Source of the DNA: Marsupella aquatica
Lineage: Eukaryota; Plantae; Marchantiophyta
Direction of reading: 5' to 3'
Assembly (NCBI GenBank): GCA_973895155.1
Contig: OZ316892.1
Span: 10,644,283 to 10,708,282, forward strand
DNA length: 64,000 bases
Under the pieces are notes generated by a model that saw nothing but the letters and a program-made list of their open reading frames with translations, did not search any database and was not told the origin of the DNA. Positions 27,857-38,400 of this stretch are shown here, piece after piece. The position numbers and the translations under genes are program-made. Each line of letters starts with the position of its first letter. Position 1 is the stretch's first letter.

Positions 27857-28111
27857 GTAGAGCTTTATATTAATGGATGGATGCCATAAAGTGCTATTTA
27901 GAGGGAATTCTGATTCTGGGATATCATGCCCCCAAAGATACTGCCCTCGTAGAGCCTTATATTAATGAATGCCGTAAAGGCTGTTTAGAGGGAATTAGGG
28001 GATATCATGCCCCCAAAGATACTGCCCTCGTAGAGCTTTATATTAATGGATGTCATAAAGTGCTGTTTAGAGGGAATTCTGGGATATCATGCCCCCAAAG
28101 ATACTGCCCTC
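27857..28111 (+). repeat. Three tandem ~80-bp units
   Basis: gtagagc.ttatattaatg.atg.c.taaag.gct.tttagagggaatt..ggga tatcatgcccccaaagatactgccctc x3. Confidence 0.9.
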
Positions 28112-29058
28112 GAAACTAGAGCCCCAAATAGGAGCTTACGACACTTCACACTTGAATGCCTTAGAGAATTTTAGTAAAGACTTTAGTACAAATATAGGTG
28201 AAAGTGGTTATATAGATTTTGCTCCCATTTTGAGGGGGCTATTATTGCCCACGAGAGCCCGAATAGAAGCCTACTAAACTTTATACTTAAATACCTACTA
28301 CGCTTTAATACCTACTATGCTTTGAACTTAAATACCTATTACACTTTGAACTTGTCCGTCAAACTGGGTGCTGGAGGCCATCATACCTTCCCACCGTCAT
28401 CCTGGTTGCCCGGTCTCCCAGAGTCGGGGTCGGGTCCGAGTGGCAGGGTCGGGCTGGATTTGGTCCGGGAGTTAAAAGTGTTCGGGTCTGGTTAGGGAGG
28501 GGATCGGGAGGGGTTTGGGTGGGGTCCTGGCCGGGTTAGGCCGGGTTTGGGCAGGGTCCGGGCGAGTCCGGGCCGGGTTTGGTTGGGTCGGTGTCCAGAC
28601 TGGGTTAGGTTGGGTCGGGTCGGGTCCGGGGAAGTCCGGGCAGGGTTCGGGTAGGCCGGGGCTGGGGTTTGGGCTGGGTCAAGCCGGGGTCCGGGGAGGT
28701 CGGGGGAGTCCGGGGATCCTGATGGAATATGCGTCAAATTGGACATTTTTTTGGCCATCATTTGATGGGTTTATGTGCTCGGCAAGCCGTCATCTTGCCC
28801 ATCAGCATAAACCTGGTAAATGCCTGAGAGAATTTGAGTTTTTCTAACTTTAGTACAAATATAGGTGAAACTTCCTAAAGTGATGATCTAGATAGCTTTC
28901 ACTCCTGTTTTGAGGGGCTATTATTGCCCATACTGCCCCCCAAAAGGAGAGCCAGAATAGAAGCTTATGACCCTTTACACTTAAATATGTACTACACTTT
29001 ACACTTAAATGTGTGAGAGAATTTTAGTTTTTCTAACTTTAGTACAAATATAGGTGAA
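28112..29058 (+). repeat. ~170-200-bp repeat family, left cluster; continues at 40214-41640
   Basis: Unit tttagtacaaatataggtgaa...gctcc..ttttgaggggctattattgcccatactgcccc..aaa.gagagcc.caatag.agctta..accctttacacttaaata at ~28180, 28850, 40700, 41340 and 41480. Confidence 0.8.
28420..28720. repeat. GC-rich (GGGTC/GGGTT)n low-complexity tract inside an insertion in the repeat cluster
   Basis: gggtcgggtccg...gggttgggtcgggtcgggtccgggg repeated over ~300 bp. Confidence 0.8.
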
Positions 29059-29089
29059 CTAGCCCAATGCACGTGCGTTGGACGACAGA

Positions 29090-29423
29090 CGTTGAGGTAA
29101 TAAAAGATGTTGAGGACGGGGTTGAGGAGAGAACTGATGTTGAAGTGAGCAAAAGATGTCGAGGTGATACAAAATGTTGAGGTCAGAGAGAAAAGTTGTC
29201 AAGGTGAGCAAAAGATTTCAAGGTGATAAAAGATGTTGAGGTGAACAAAAGACGTCAAGGTGAGAAAAGATGTCAAAGACAGATAAGATGTCGAGGTGAA
29301 CATAAGATGTTGAGGAGATAAAAGATGTCGAGGAGAGAAGTTGTCAAGGTGAGCAAAATATGTCACGGTGATAAACATGTCCAGGAGATAAAAAGATGTC
29401 CAAGTGAGCAAAAGATGTTGAGG
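29090..29423. repeat. ~19-20-bp minisatellite (gttgaggtgagcaaaagat), roughly 16 degenerate units, subterminal to the Helitron 3' end
   Basis: Head-to-tail gt(t/c)(g/a)agg(t/a)ga..aaaagat units with no spacers. Confidence 0.85.
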
Positions 29424-29740
29424 AAAACACTATACACTTATTGTGTTGATCCGACATCACTCCTCCTATATACATGAATGTGGTGATCTAGGATAACCTT
29501 TCATTCGATCTGATCTGGGATCAACCTCCGCACAAATTGCTGATTGGGTTGGTCGTGGAGGAATCAGTGTGGTTGGATGGGTTTATTTTCAGATGTCTAT
29601 ACTGCTAAATCAATGTTAGAAGGAAAGTGCATACAAACTACGGCTGATGTGGTTCTTGGATTTGAATTCCTGGCGTACTTTATCCAATCAAATCCTGATG
29701 TTGTAACAAATCCAAACACTTGGCGGCTGGAGAAGTTGGT

Positions 29741-29948
29741 CTGATTCATTCCATTTTGGAAAAAAAAAACAAAAACTAATTGGTTAGGGATAATAACTGC
29801 TCCAAGTGCCATGTTAGCTCATGGGTTTGCTACTTTAAGTCTACCCAAGGAAATGCAGCAATCCCTTCCCTTGGTTCCCGCTTTACAATCGCATTGGTTA
29901 ATGATGCATGTAACGACAATGATATTAAGTTATTCTGCACTTTTAATA
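29741..29948 (+). pseudogene. ccsA: Nuclear plastid DNA fragment (NUPT) of the cytochrome c biogenesis gene ccsA
   Basis: Translates as [65 protein letters not shown]. LVPALQSxWLMMHV is the plastid CcsA signature. Only ~200 bp long, with a frameshift in an A-run. Confidence 0.9.
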
Positions 29949-31072
29949 GTGCTGGTCTTGCCGACCGTGCTTCCAAGGTTTTTCTCAAGGTTGAGTTAGT
30001 TTTTTGTGGTTGGGATGACAAGAAGGCTCGACATTGGATTTCTACTTTGAAGAGCACACAGGTCGTGGATAAGCCAGGAAGTAGTTCAATCCCAACCCGG
30101 AGAGACACTGAAATTGTCAGGTGGTACCAAATGAATCCTTCTTCTTTGGAAAGATCTAAACCAAAGGAACTTAGGCCCGTCCATTCCACTGTACCCAATC
30201 ACAAGAAGTCTGCGGTTAATTTGGTTCTTGGGAAGGGGAAGAGCATTCAATTGAGTGAACCAAAAACTATTTTGAGTTCATCAAATGAGACCAATTCAGA
30301 TGGTGGCACCAACAACAATCATATGGGTATAAAGATGACACATCTAAGGAAGACAATTCAAACACAAAGGCAAGTGAAGATAATGGTAAAGTTTCTACAA
30401 AACGCAAAGCAAAGCGAGCAAGGTCAGATTACTCAGAGGAGGAGGACGAAGTTGACTCTAAGAAAAATAAGCAAAATAGTCAACCCTCCACAACAAGAGC
30501 TTTGTGGCTTGCAAAAGAGAAGAGGCCAACAAAAGAGAAGAAGGCGCGGGAGCCAAAGCTAAAGATGCCAAGTAAGAAATGAGAGCCAAAGGTCAAGACC
30601 CCGACTGAAAAAAATCTCCACATGAGAAGATTGCCAAAAAGAAGAAATCAGAGAAGGAGAACCCTTCTGTGATTACTGCTACAAAAGGGATGATTGTGAT
30701 GTATGAGGAGGATGAAGGTCCAATAATAGCAACCTTTGGAGTCAAAGGTTAGAGAGGGTAGAGAGGTTTTGGATACCCAAGTTGAAAAATACTACACATT
30801 TGATATGGATGAGATTTTCCAAGTACCTGTGGATCTTATTGTTCCTCCAACTCGACTTTGCTATTGAATGATAAATAGGGAGCATGTGAAATAGATTGCT
30901 GACTCCATGGTGGAGAAGCCAGGGCATCAACCACATGTTGCTGATTAATTTGATTGCCTTCTTGCCAACAACAAAGAAGTTGGTTCATCTTGAGAACATT
31001 AAGGCAGATAGGAATGAGTTTTTGGGAGCCATTGCAAAAAAGGAGATTATGTTCTTTGCAATTAGTGGGGAG

Positions 31073-31351
31073 TAGTGTTTTTTTTAGTGGTGAAAATTTG
31101 CTAGATTCCACCTCCCCAAAAATCCTTTGCCACTTTTGGCAAAAATTTGCTACTATTTTGCTAGCTCATTAGCCAGTGTTTCACCTAATCCCAGGCCCCA
31201 TTAGCCAGAATCTAACGGTCAACCTTAAATCTAGGGAGATCTGACGGTCAGGAAAATAATTGAATAAGGAATTTTCTGAGCATCTTCTCCCTCACACACT
31301 TTACATTCACCACTCTGGCTATAAAGTGAAATCCTTAAAAAAAATACGCTG
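31073..31351 (+). mobile_element. hAT-type MITE with 8-bp TSD
   Basis: TIRs TAGTGTTTTTTT / AAAAAAATACGCTG. Exact TSD GTGGGGAG at 31065-31072 and 31352-31359. Confidence 0.88.
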
Positions 31352-31917
31352 GTGGGGAGCATTCCGCAAGGGCAGCTCAATGGATTCAAGGCTAGGCTAA
31401 GACCGACGCAAAGCTCACAAAATTGCAAAGAATCTCATGCTCAGGAACTTTAGCAAGGATTTTGTCAAACACTATGCCATCAGCAATACTTGCTGAGCAT
31501 TCAAGCAGATCCAACGCAATCAATGAGGCCATGGAGTTCAAGTCGTGTTTCCTAAAGATTGTCTTACATGCAAGAAGACAGTTTGTGGAGATGGGTCATC
31601 CTCCAAAGCCCATTGTTGGTTCCAATCAGAAAACTGATAACACACGATTTAATGTGAGTTTTCATACCCTTCTTGAGGTCAAAAAAATGTTGTAGACCTG
31701 AATGTTTCTATCGATCTCCATTTTTTCATCAATGAATCTTGGTGGGAGGGGCTATACGGGATCAACCCTCTTTGTGATCTAGATATCTAGTTGTCAACTC
31801 TAACAATCCAATTTGTTGTGTTTCTAGGAATGGGCAAAAGTCACAATGCACACACTGAACCGAGCATCATTGAAACAGATATATTGGTTGATTCTTGTTG
31901 ATGACGAACTTTTCAGT

Positions 31918-32745
31918 ATTTCCTTGGAATGGGAACATTTTTATAAATTTTGGTTCCCCCGCTAAAAGCTTCACGGGGAGGGCAGACAAACAGACCAAAG
32001 GCCAGGCCAGGCAGCAAAATCCATATAACCGAGCACACAACCCACCAACACGCAAATCCAGCATGACAACATTTAACCCCCCCCCCCCCCCCCAAGTCTC
32101 CAGAAAAGTGAGAAAGGGGAGACCAACCACGTCAACCACCAAAAAGAGTCAAAACTCCAACTTAAGAGGGCACCAAGACACCTGAGCAGCCCGGAATCAG
32201 AGGTCACAAGTGCACAAAACATCATCACCACCAAACCATATCAATTTAAAGAAGTGATGGCAATTCTACCACTGCCAAACCATCCCCTACGCAGTTCATC
32301 AGTCCATGATTTGGCCCGAATCAGGTGGGTGCACTTTCTGCCCGGGGGGCAACACCAACTAACAGCAAAACCGTTCTCCGCTGCCTCATTCAAAACAAGC
32401 CCCAAATAAAACATGTGTCTCCCCCCAACCTGAAACATGTGTGTGTTCCTCCCCATCTAGAGACGCCAAAGAATTTGGTGCAAAACAAAGATCTGAGCCA
32501 CTTGAACAGGCTCCTTTCCCCCGTCCTTTCCACAAGCCGCATCTAAAAGAGCCATCAACCCTTGTCCAATTGGCATATCCAGAATCCTCAATGAAGTCTG
32601 ACAGAGGCTCCAGCAACGGACAGGATGTGCACACTCGAAAAAAAGGTGGGGGGTCATTTCGAGCCTGCCATTGCACAGCTTACAATCCCCATCGCTAACT
32701 TCCATTATGAGCGCATGTGCCCCTGTGAAAAGGCCCCCATACAAT
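31918..32745 (-). mobile_element. 5'-truncated L1-type LINE (zf-RVT end + 3' UTR) with 9-bp TSD
   Basis: Minus-strand DGDCKLCNGRLEMTPHLFFEC...ILWRL. Exact direct repeat CTTTTCAGT at 31909-31917 and 32746-32754. Confidence 0.85.
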
Positions 32746-33993
32746 CTTTTCAGTCTTTGGAAGAAGGTATGTCAAATGTGGCTTGACGGAATCGTTCCAG
32801 ATGGTGCTGGGTGAGACTGGATACAAAAGAGCAGGAAAGACGATTACTCCTGCCATTTCCGTTGTTTTGAAGGAGATGTGAGTGCAGAGGAAATTATGTC
32901 AATTTTAAACTCTGTGGCAAATGGAGACTTGCTTCTCAAAAACGAAGCAACTAACAAAAGTTTCATTTCCACAATTGGAGAGAAGGCACATACAATAAAG
33001 ATATTGAGAAACTAAGTTGAAGCTGCATATTATCCAGATCCTTCAAGTGGATAAACACCCTGAGACCTTTGCCTCAATGACCACATGGGACTCTGTAATT
33101 ATTTAGCATTTTGCCAACTTTGGTAAAGCCAGGCGAGTTGGACGATTGCGGTGGGCGGCTGGAGAAGGGTGCTGCAAAGGAGGATGTTCCTCAAAGTCTT
33201 GTGTTAAGACTTGAAACCCTCTATTGTGCACGGTTTGGTAGAATTGCCCAAAAGCAAACAAAGCCTTTTGTTGCTTTTTGGAGTGAGAACTTGATGAAGA
33301 CCATCAAGCAAGATGTCGTTGAGGAGAATTCTCCACAATGCCCTCTTGCAATAGTGGATGTTAGTCGAGAAAGGCAAAGGGAGTGGACTGATTTTGAGCT
33401 TTTGGTTTTCTTCAACTATATTTTGGAGTTGTCTAGAATTCGACAGTTGTTGTAGTGCTGATAGCCCTACCTGGTATGCTCTGCACAAATATTGTGTTTG
33501 CACTCAACATGCTTCAAAGGAAGAACAAAGTAAGTGTTCACTACGAGTATGACAGCTTTTCCATGGCACAGGGCCCCAGCCGAAGGGAACATTTTGGGAT
33601 GGTGCCCATTCAAGAGCAAGTGATATTTTCTGGGCTTTCAAGTGATGAGCAAGTTCGGTGGTGAGATATTTTCAAGCCCCAAGCACTTGTGCCCACTTTT
33701 GACTATAGTGAGAGTCAAGATTGTGATTTTCTTATTTGGGATCACAAGTGTCACAAGTCAAGAGGGGGGAAGGAGAATGTCGCAGCAAACACTGTTCAAG
33801 GGCAAATCAAATTGTCACCGTCTAATGTCCTCAAGATTATTGAGAGTGCACCAACCTATGAAATGGTTGGTCATAAAGGAGGTTTTGTGAATCTGACTCG
33901 CAAGCCCCAACAAATGATTAATGAGATCTTGAAGGCACTCTCCATGCTAGGTGATACAATTCTTGATTTGTTTTTTGGAGGCCAAGTTCTTAA

Positions 33994-34274
33994 CTCGGGG
34001 GTCTCACTATATGGATGTATCCCCATCCCCTACGACATTTTAGGCCTTGGACCCCCTAAAATGTAAGCCTATAAAGTTGGATTATTCTTAGAATATTCAC
34101 ATTCCAAATTTTTTGGCTAGAAATACCCTAATGTTCTTATAAGTTTCAAAATTAAACTTAAAGAACCCTATTGTTCTTCTGCAAAAATTCTTAAGTCTTT
34201 CCTTCAAACCAATAAAACTACCCTATCCTTCATCGCACATGATGTGCCATTTTTGTGGAAGTGAAACCCCCAAG
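33994..34274 (+). mobile_element. MITE with 14-bp TIR and 8-bp TSD
   Basis: TIRs CTCGGGGGTCTCAC / GTGAAACCCCCAAG. Exact TSD GTTCTTAA at 33986-33993 and 34275-34282. Confidence 0.88.
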
Positions 34275-35299
34275 GTTCTTAAATGTTGTTTACTGTCTAC
34301 AAGCGAGTGTTTTGTATATCAAGACACATTGTAAGCAGAGTTTGATTTCACGCAAGCATATGCAAGGATGATATACATATGAAGACGTTCCATCAATCAA
34401 AAATTTATTTTGTTTGCTTCCGTCAAATGATGATAGTTTACGTTGTCCGGGTGATCGTGTTTTTTGGTAAGAGCATGTTGGCTCTTATGAAGACAATCTT
34501 GCATGCCCATAAGGTCTACACTAAAACCAAAATGATAACTCTTGTAAGAAGGGTAGTGGATATTAAAAAAGGTTTAGGTGAAACTAATATACAATTAAAT
34601 CCTACTTCACCATACTTGCGGATCAACACATCTCGGAAACTAATTTTTCTACGACATACGATCCTAATATCTCCAAGAGAAAATGAAATAGGAATGTCAT
34701 CTGGACTCCTATTTAGATCCATGACTTCAATGAAAAACAAAGATAATGCACTCCCACTCCTCTTGGTATGACACTACTGTGTATACTATTGGCTCATTAA
34801 AACTCATAATAACAGCTGCAAATTGAACTCCAAAGTGATAAATTAAATACTGCCTCATGGATGGCTTGTCTAAAAGATGGACTCTAACCAAAAATGAGTT
34901 ACAAAGGGGAAGATTAAGGATATCTCTCCCTCCTAGATTCATAATGGCTCTCTTGTTTCTTTGCTATCCGGGTCAAATGATGCCCCATCCCTAAGTTCAC
35001 AAAGAGACTTTGTTCTTTAAGGTCCCATCTATAAGTCTACCACTCATTCATTTTCTATCTGGGCCAAAGAATGTCTCACTACTATGTACATAAGGCAAAG
35101 AATAGAAGAGAAAGATGAGAGAAGAAGATGATCGCTTCGACGCAAAAATTATCAAAATGTGAGAATGAGGAAAGAATGCCCATCACCATTTTATTTATAT
35201 TGAATCCAAGAGGGCATGGATTACGCCTAAATGCTTGAATAAAAGCCAAGTGGCACACATCCAACATAGGAATGTGTGCTAGTATTATTACAATTAAAA

Positions 35300-35635
35300 T
35301 AAATGATGCATGCAAGTAAAACAACTAATGCATGCACCTAAAATAATTTGTGCATGTATGCACCTTGTGACTTGCATATTTGCTCACCTTGCATGCGCAT
35401 CAAATAATTTGTGCATGCACCTTGTGACTTGCACATTTGCTCAACTTGCATGCGCATAAAACAACTAATGCATGCAAATAAAACAATTTGCATGCATCTA
35501 ATGTGCGCACATTTATTCACCTTGCACATTTATTCACCTTGCATGCACATGAAACAAAGTCTAATGCATGCAAATAAAATAATTTGTGCATGCATCTTGT
35601 AGTTTGCATAGTTGCTTACCTTGCATGCACATAAG
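35300..35635. repeat. TGCATGCA-rich degenerate minisatellite
   Basis: aataatttgtgcatg..ccttgtgacttgca.atttgctca.cttgcatgc.cat repeated about 4-5 times. Confidence 0.75.
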
Positions 35636-37799
35636 TAATAGTCAAACTATTTAGTTACCCCGTAACAAAATATAAATCTAACCTATATATTAAATAATAT
35701 ACTTAGTGATAATGATTTCATCATGAATAATTGAATTATCACGACAACGTCATGAAGATCTTGGGCAAGATTACAATCTTGCTACTTCAACTCTTCCTGT
35801 TTGACCCAGCGTTGGTGCTTTGCTTTCACCAATTGCAGATTATACAAAGACTCTGGTTGAGAGAGGGACTATTGATGGAGAGGTGATGGAGTCATGGGAT
35901 GATGCAAGTAATTTTTGCTTGAATGATGCACAAAAAACTCCTACTACCCCATGCCCACCAAGTGCACAAAGCAGTCACGGAACATGAGGCCTTGGAACAA
36001 GAGGCCTTGGGGCTAATCATTGGTGGTGTAAATTCCCAAAAATATTCTTGGAGGAACGTTTTTATCAACAGCGGATGCAGGGTGAGAATCTTCTAATCCA
36101 TTTTTGAGTGGTGAGTATCCTAGACGTGAAAAGATTGTTGGAGGTCCCATTAGTGGACTTCAAGGGGATACTCAAGAGAGAAATCCAGTACATAATCGAG
36201 ATGTCAAAGAAGATGTTATATCTCCAGTTGTCAATGGATTTGGTACAATAAGAGCGAGAATAAGAGGACAATTGGAAGAAGGGGAGATTGGAAACCAAGT
36301 GCATCATTTGAGTGATGATCTCCTAACTCCATCAGGCCCACAAGATTGTCCACAGATTCAAGCTTTGGTGGAACAAGTGCATGTCAAAAGGAGAACAAAG
36401 CACCAAAAGTCCCACCAACAAAATTGGTAGAGATGGGAACGACTCAAGGAGAGAAGAAAGTACCACCAATGATTGCAAAAGGCATCCCGATGGATGCTAA
36501 GCCCTGGGCCCCCACTCTTAGGTAAAATGGGTCGAATGTGAGAACAATTCAATGGTCGATTTAATTCATGTTCCATGTTGAAGTAATTTTTAGAATTGGC
36601 TTGTAACTAAGCAACCCACTCTTTTATACAAATGTCACTTTCCAAATAAGGAAGGGCACTTGATATTTTGCTCCCATTTGTTTTTGGGAAGGGGGTATAT
36701 AATCATCTCCGCCACACGACATCATCTTAGTGGTACATGTGGCATCATCTAATAGGTACACGTGTCTATGCCTTTTGGTATGTCGTTGTAAGTTGTGGCG
36801 GGGTTGTGTGGTTTAGGTGAGTTTTTATAACTACCCTATGAGGAAACATATGCCTGGGGCAAATCCCTGCCCATTGGATCCGAGGGATGGAAGATCTTTG
36901 AACAAAGAAAATGTATCTAATGAAGCCTATATAAAAATACTCAAATCTGGATTTTATAATTATCTCAAGGATATTAAGTATTGTCAAAATGTATTTTTTT
37001 TCTAAATAACAAGGCAAATTTTTATTGTTTCAAAAATAATAACAAGGGGTACTAGAGGGGGGTCCGTTCACAGGGGGTAGAGATTTTTTACTGGGAGTGG
37101 GGGCCCAGGAATGCTAAGACATCCAAGAGTGGCACTCTTCAGGCAGGTGCATCCATTTCTTCCACGTCTCCTATTGTAGTTGTTGTTCTTCAAATGACAA
37201 ATTAGTTTTCATGTCTAGCTCTACGGTCAGCCCTGTGGTCCTACGACGATAAAAAATTCTTGGAAAGACTCTAAGAAAGACAGGGTGGGTCCGTGTACAG
37301 GCCGAGGACACACATTTTATCTGGATAGATGGACCTAAAAAAGGAAAGATTGTTTCAAGAAAAGATGTTACTGGAATATTGATTGATCCTGAGTACTTAA
37401 AGAAAGGGAACAAGTTGCAGCCAGTCTTTTCAAAGCCAACTTATGTTAATGAAGCTCCCTCAAATGTCAACTATGAGCTTTGCTAGGTGAAGCAACCATC
37501 GATGAGTATGGGTCTTTTAGCGTGTAAACCTAAACTTGTACATCCTCTAAAATCCATTTTGAACTCATTCCTTAAGAGAGGTAGATGACAAAATATCAAG
37601 TGTGAAGAAGCAGTCACCGCCAAAACTATGCAATTCAGAAGGTATTTGGTGTGGTCATTTATTATTTTGTCTATTTTTTTGGTAACTTTGTCGTTGGCGT
37701 CGGCTCATGACCCTCTTTGGTTCTTTATTGGTTATCCGGTTTGATTTTGATATCAAGTGTTGTGACATCTTACAGTTTTTGACTGGGATTGCATTTCCA

Positions 37800-38400
37800 A
37801 AATATCTCCCTCTCCAATCAAGCAAAAGCTACTACTTGGACAAAGTATTGTGCGACACCACAATTCTTTGGCAGCAAGACCATCTACCATTTGATTGCAA
37901 GGCTGGTTACCATGTGGATAGGCAAAAGGATGGTACCTATGTTTATACGGAACGCCCCGGGCTTCATGCATTTTTGGAGTTTGTTTTTGAAAAATATGAT
38001 GTAGGCATTTGGACTTCTGCGAGCAAATCTCATGCATCTTGAATGATGAAGATTTTGTTCATTACTCAAGAGAGGCGTCAATTGAGATTATCTTTTGTCA
38101 AGAAGATACAATTGATGCATGCATCCTAAGACCAGATGGGAGATGTAACATTTTTATGAAGGATTTTTAGAAGGTGTGGAGAAAGTTTGGAAGTTTGTAT
38201 GACGGTTCAAACACCATTCTCATTGATGACTCCCAATGGAACTATTTAAGGGATTTCTTAATCCCAGTTGTACTCAATTAATCCCTAGTGCGTTCATGCG
38301 AGAAGAAAAGTTTGACAATTTTCTCATGGTAGTTTTGGCACCATATCTTCACAAGTTGACACTAGCTTTCGATGTTTGACTTTTTTTGTTTGAAAATCTT
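37800..38400 (+). pseudogene. Decayed FCP1/NIF-family (HAD, CTD-phosphatase-like) gene
   Basis: KLLL/LDKVLCDT (eroded DxDx[TV] motif), RPGLHAFLEFVFEKYDVGIWTSA, FMKDF*KVW and YDGSNTILIDDS occur in NIF-domain order, with stops and frameshifts. Confidence 0.75.

Larger units (their letters stand above)
30781..34330 (+). pseudogene. Decayed intron-containing gene: ParB/Srx-like domain + N4C/N6A amino-methyltransferase-like domain
   Basis: After removing three TSD-flanked insertions: FQVPVDLIVPPTRLCY*MINREHVK*IADSMVEKP...MFFAISG|EHSARA (ParB-like); GT-AG intron 31654-31827; ...VNLTRKPQQMINEILKALSMLGDTILDLFFGGQVL|KCCLLSTSECFVY (resembles KP..L..I...S..GD.VLD.F.G of beta-class MTases). Multiple stops and frameshifts remain. 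Confidence 0.62.

Noticed and set aside
28492-28847. Pro-rich and Gly-rich ORFs
   Set aside because: Translations of the (GGGTC)n low-complexity tract.
29090-29423. Regularly spaced ~20-bp repeats as a CRISPR-like array
   Set aside because: Units are head-to-tail and degenerate, with no unique spacers and no cas genes, in a eukaryotic context. It is a minisatellite.
29428-29440. CACTA at the start of the cargo region as a CACTA TIR
   Set aside because: No matching ...TAGTG terminus with a 3-bp TSD was found at the other end of the block.
29780-30562. 260-aa ORF as an intact gene
   Set aside because: It has a non-ATG start, its 5' part is an off-frame read of the ccsA NUPT, and the rest is low-complexity. 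At most it is the decayed N-terminal region of the ParB-MTase-like gene.
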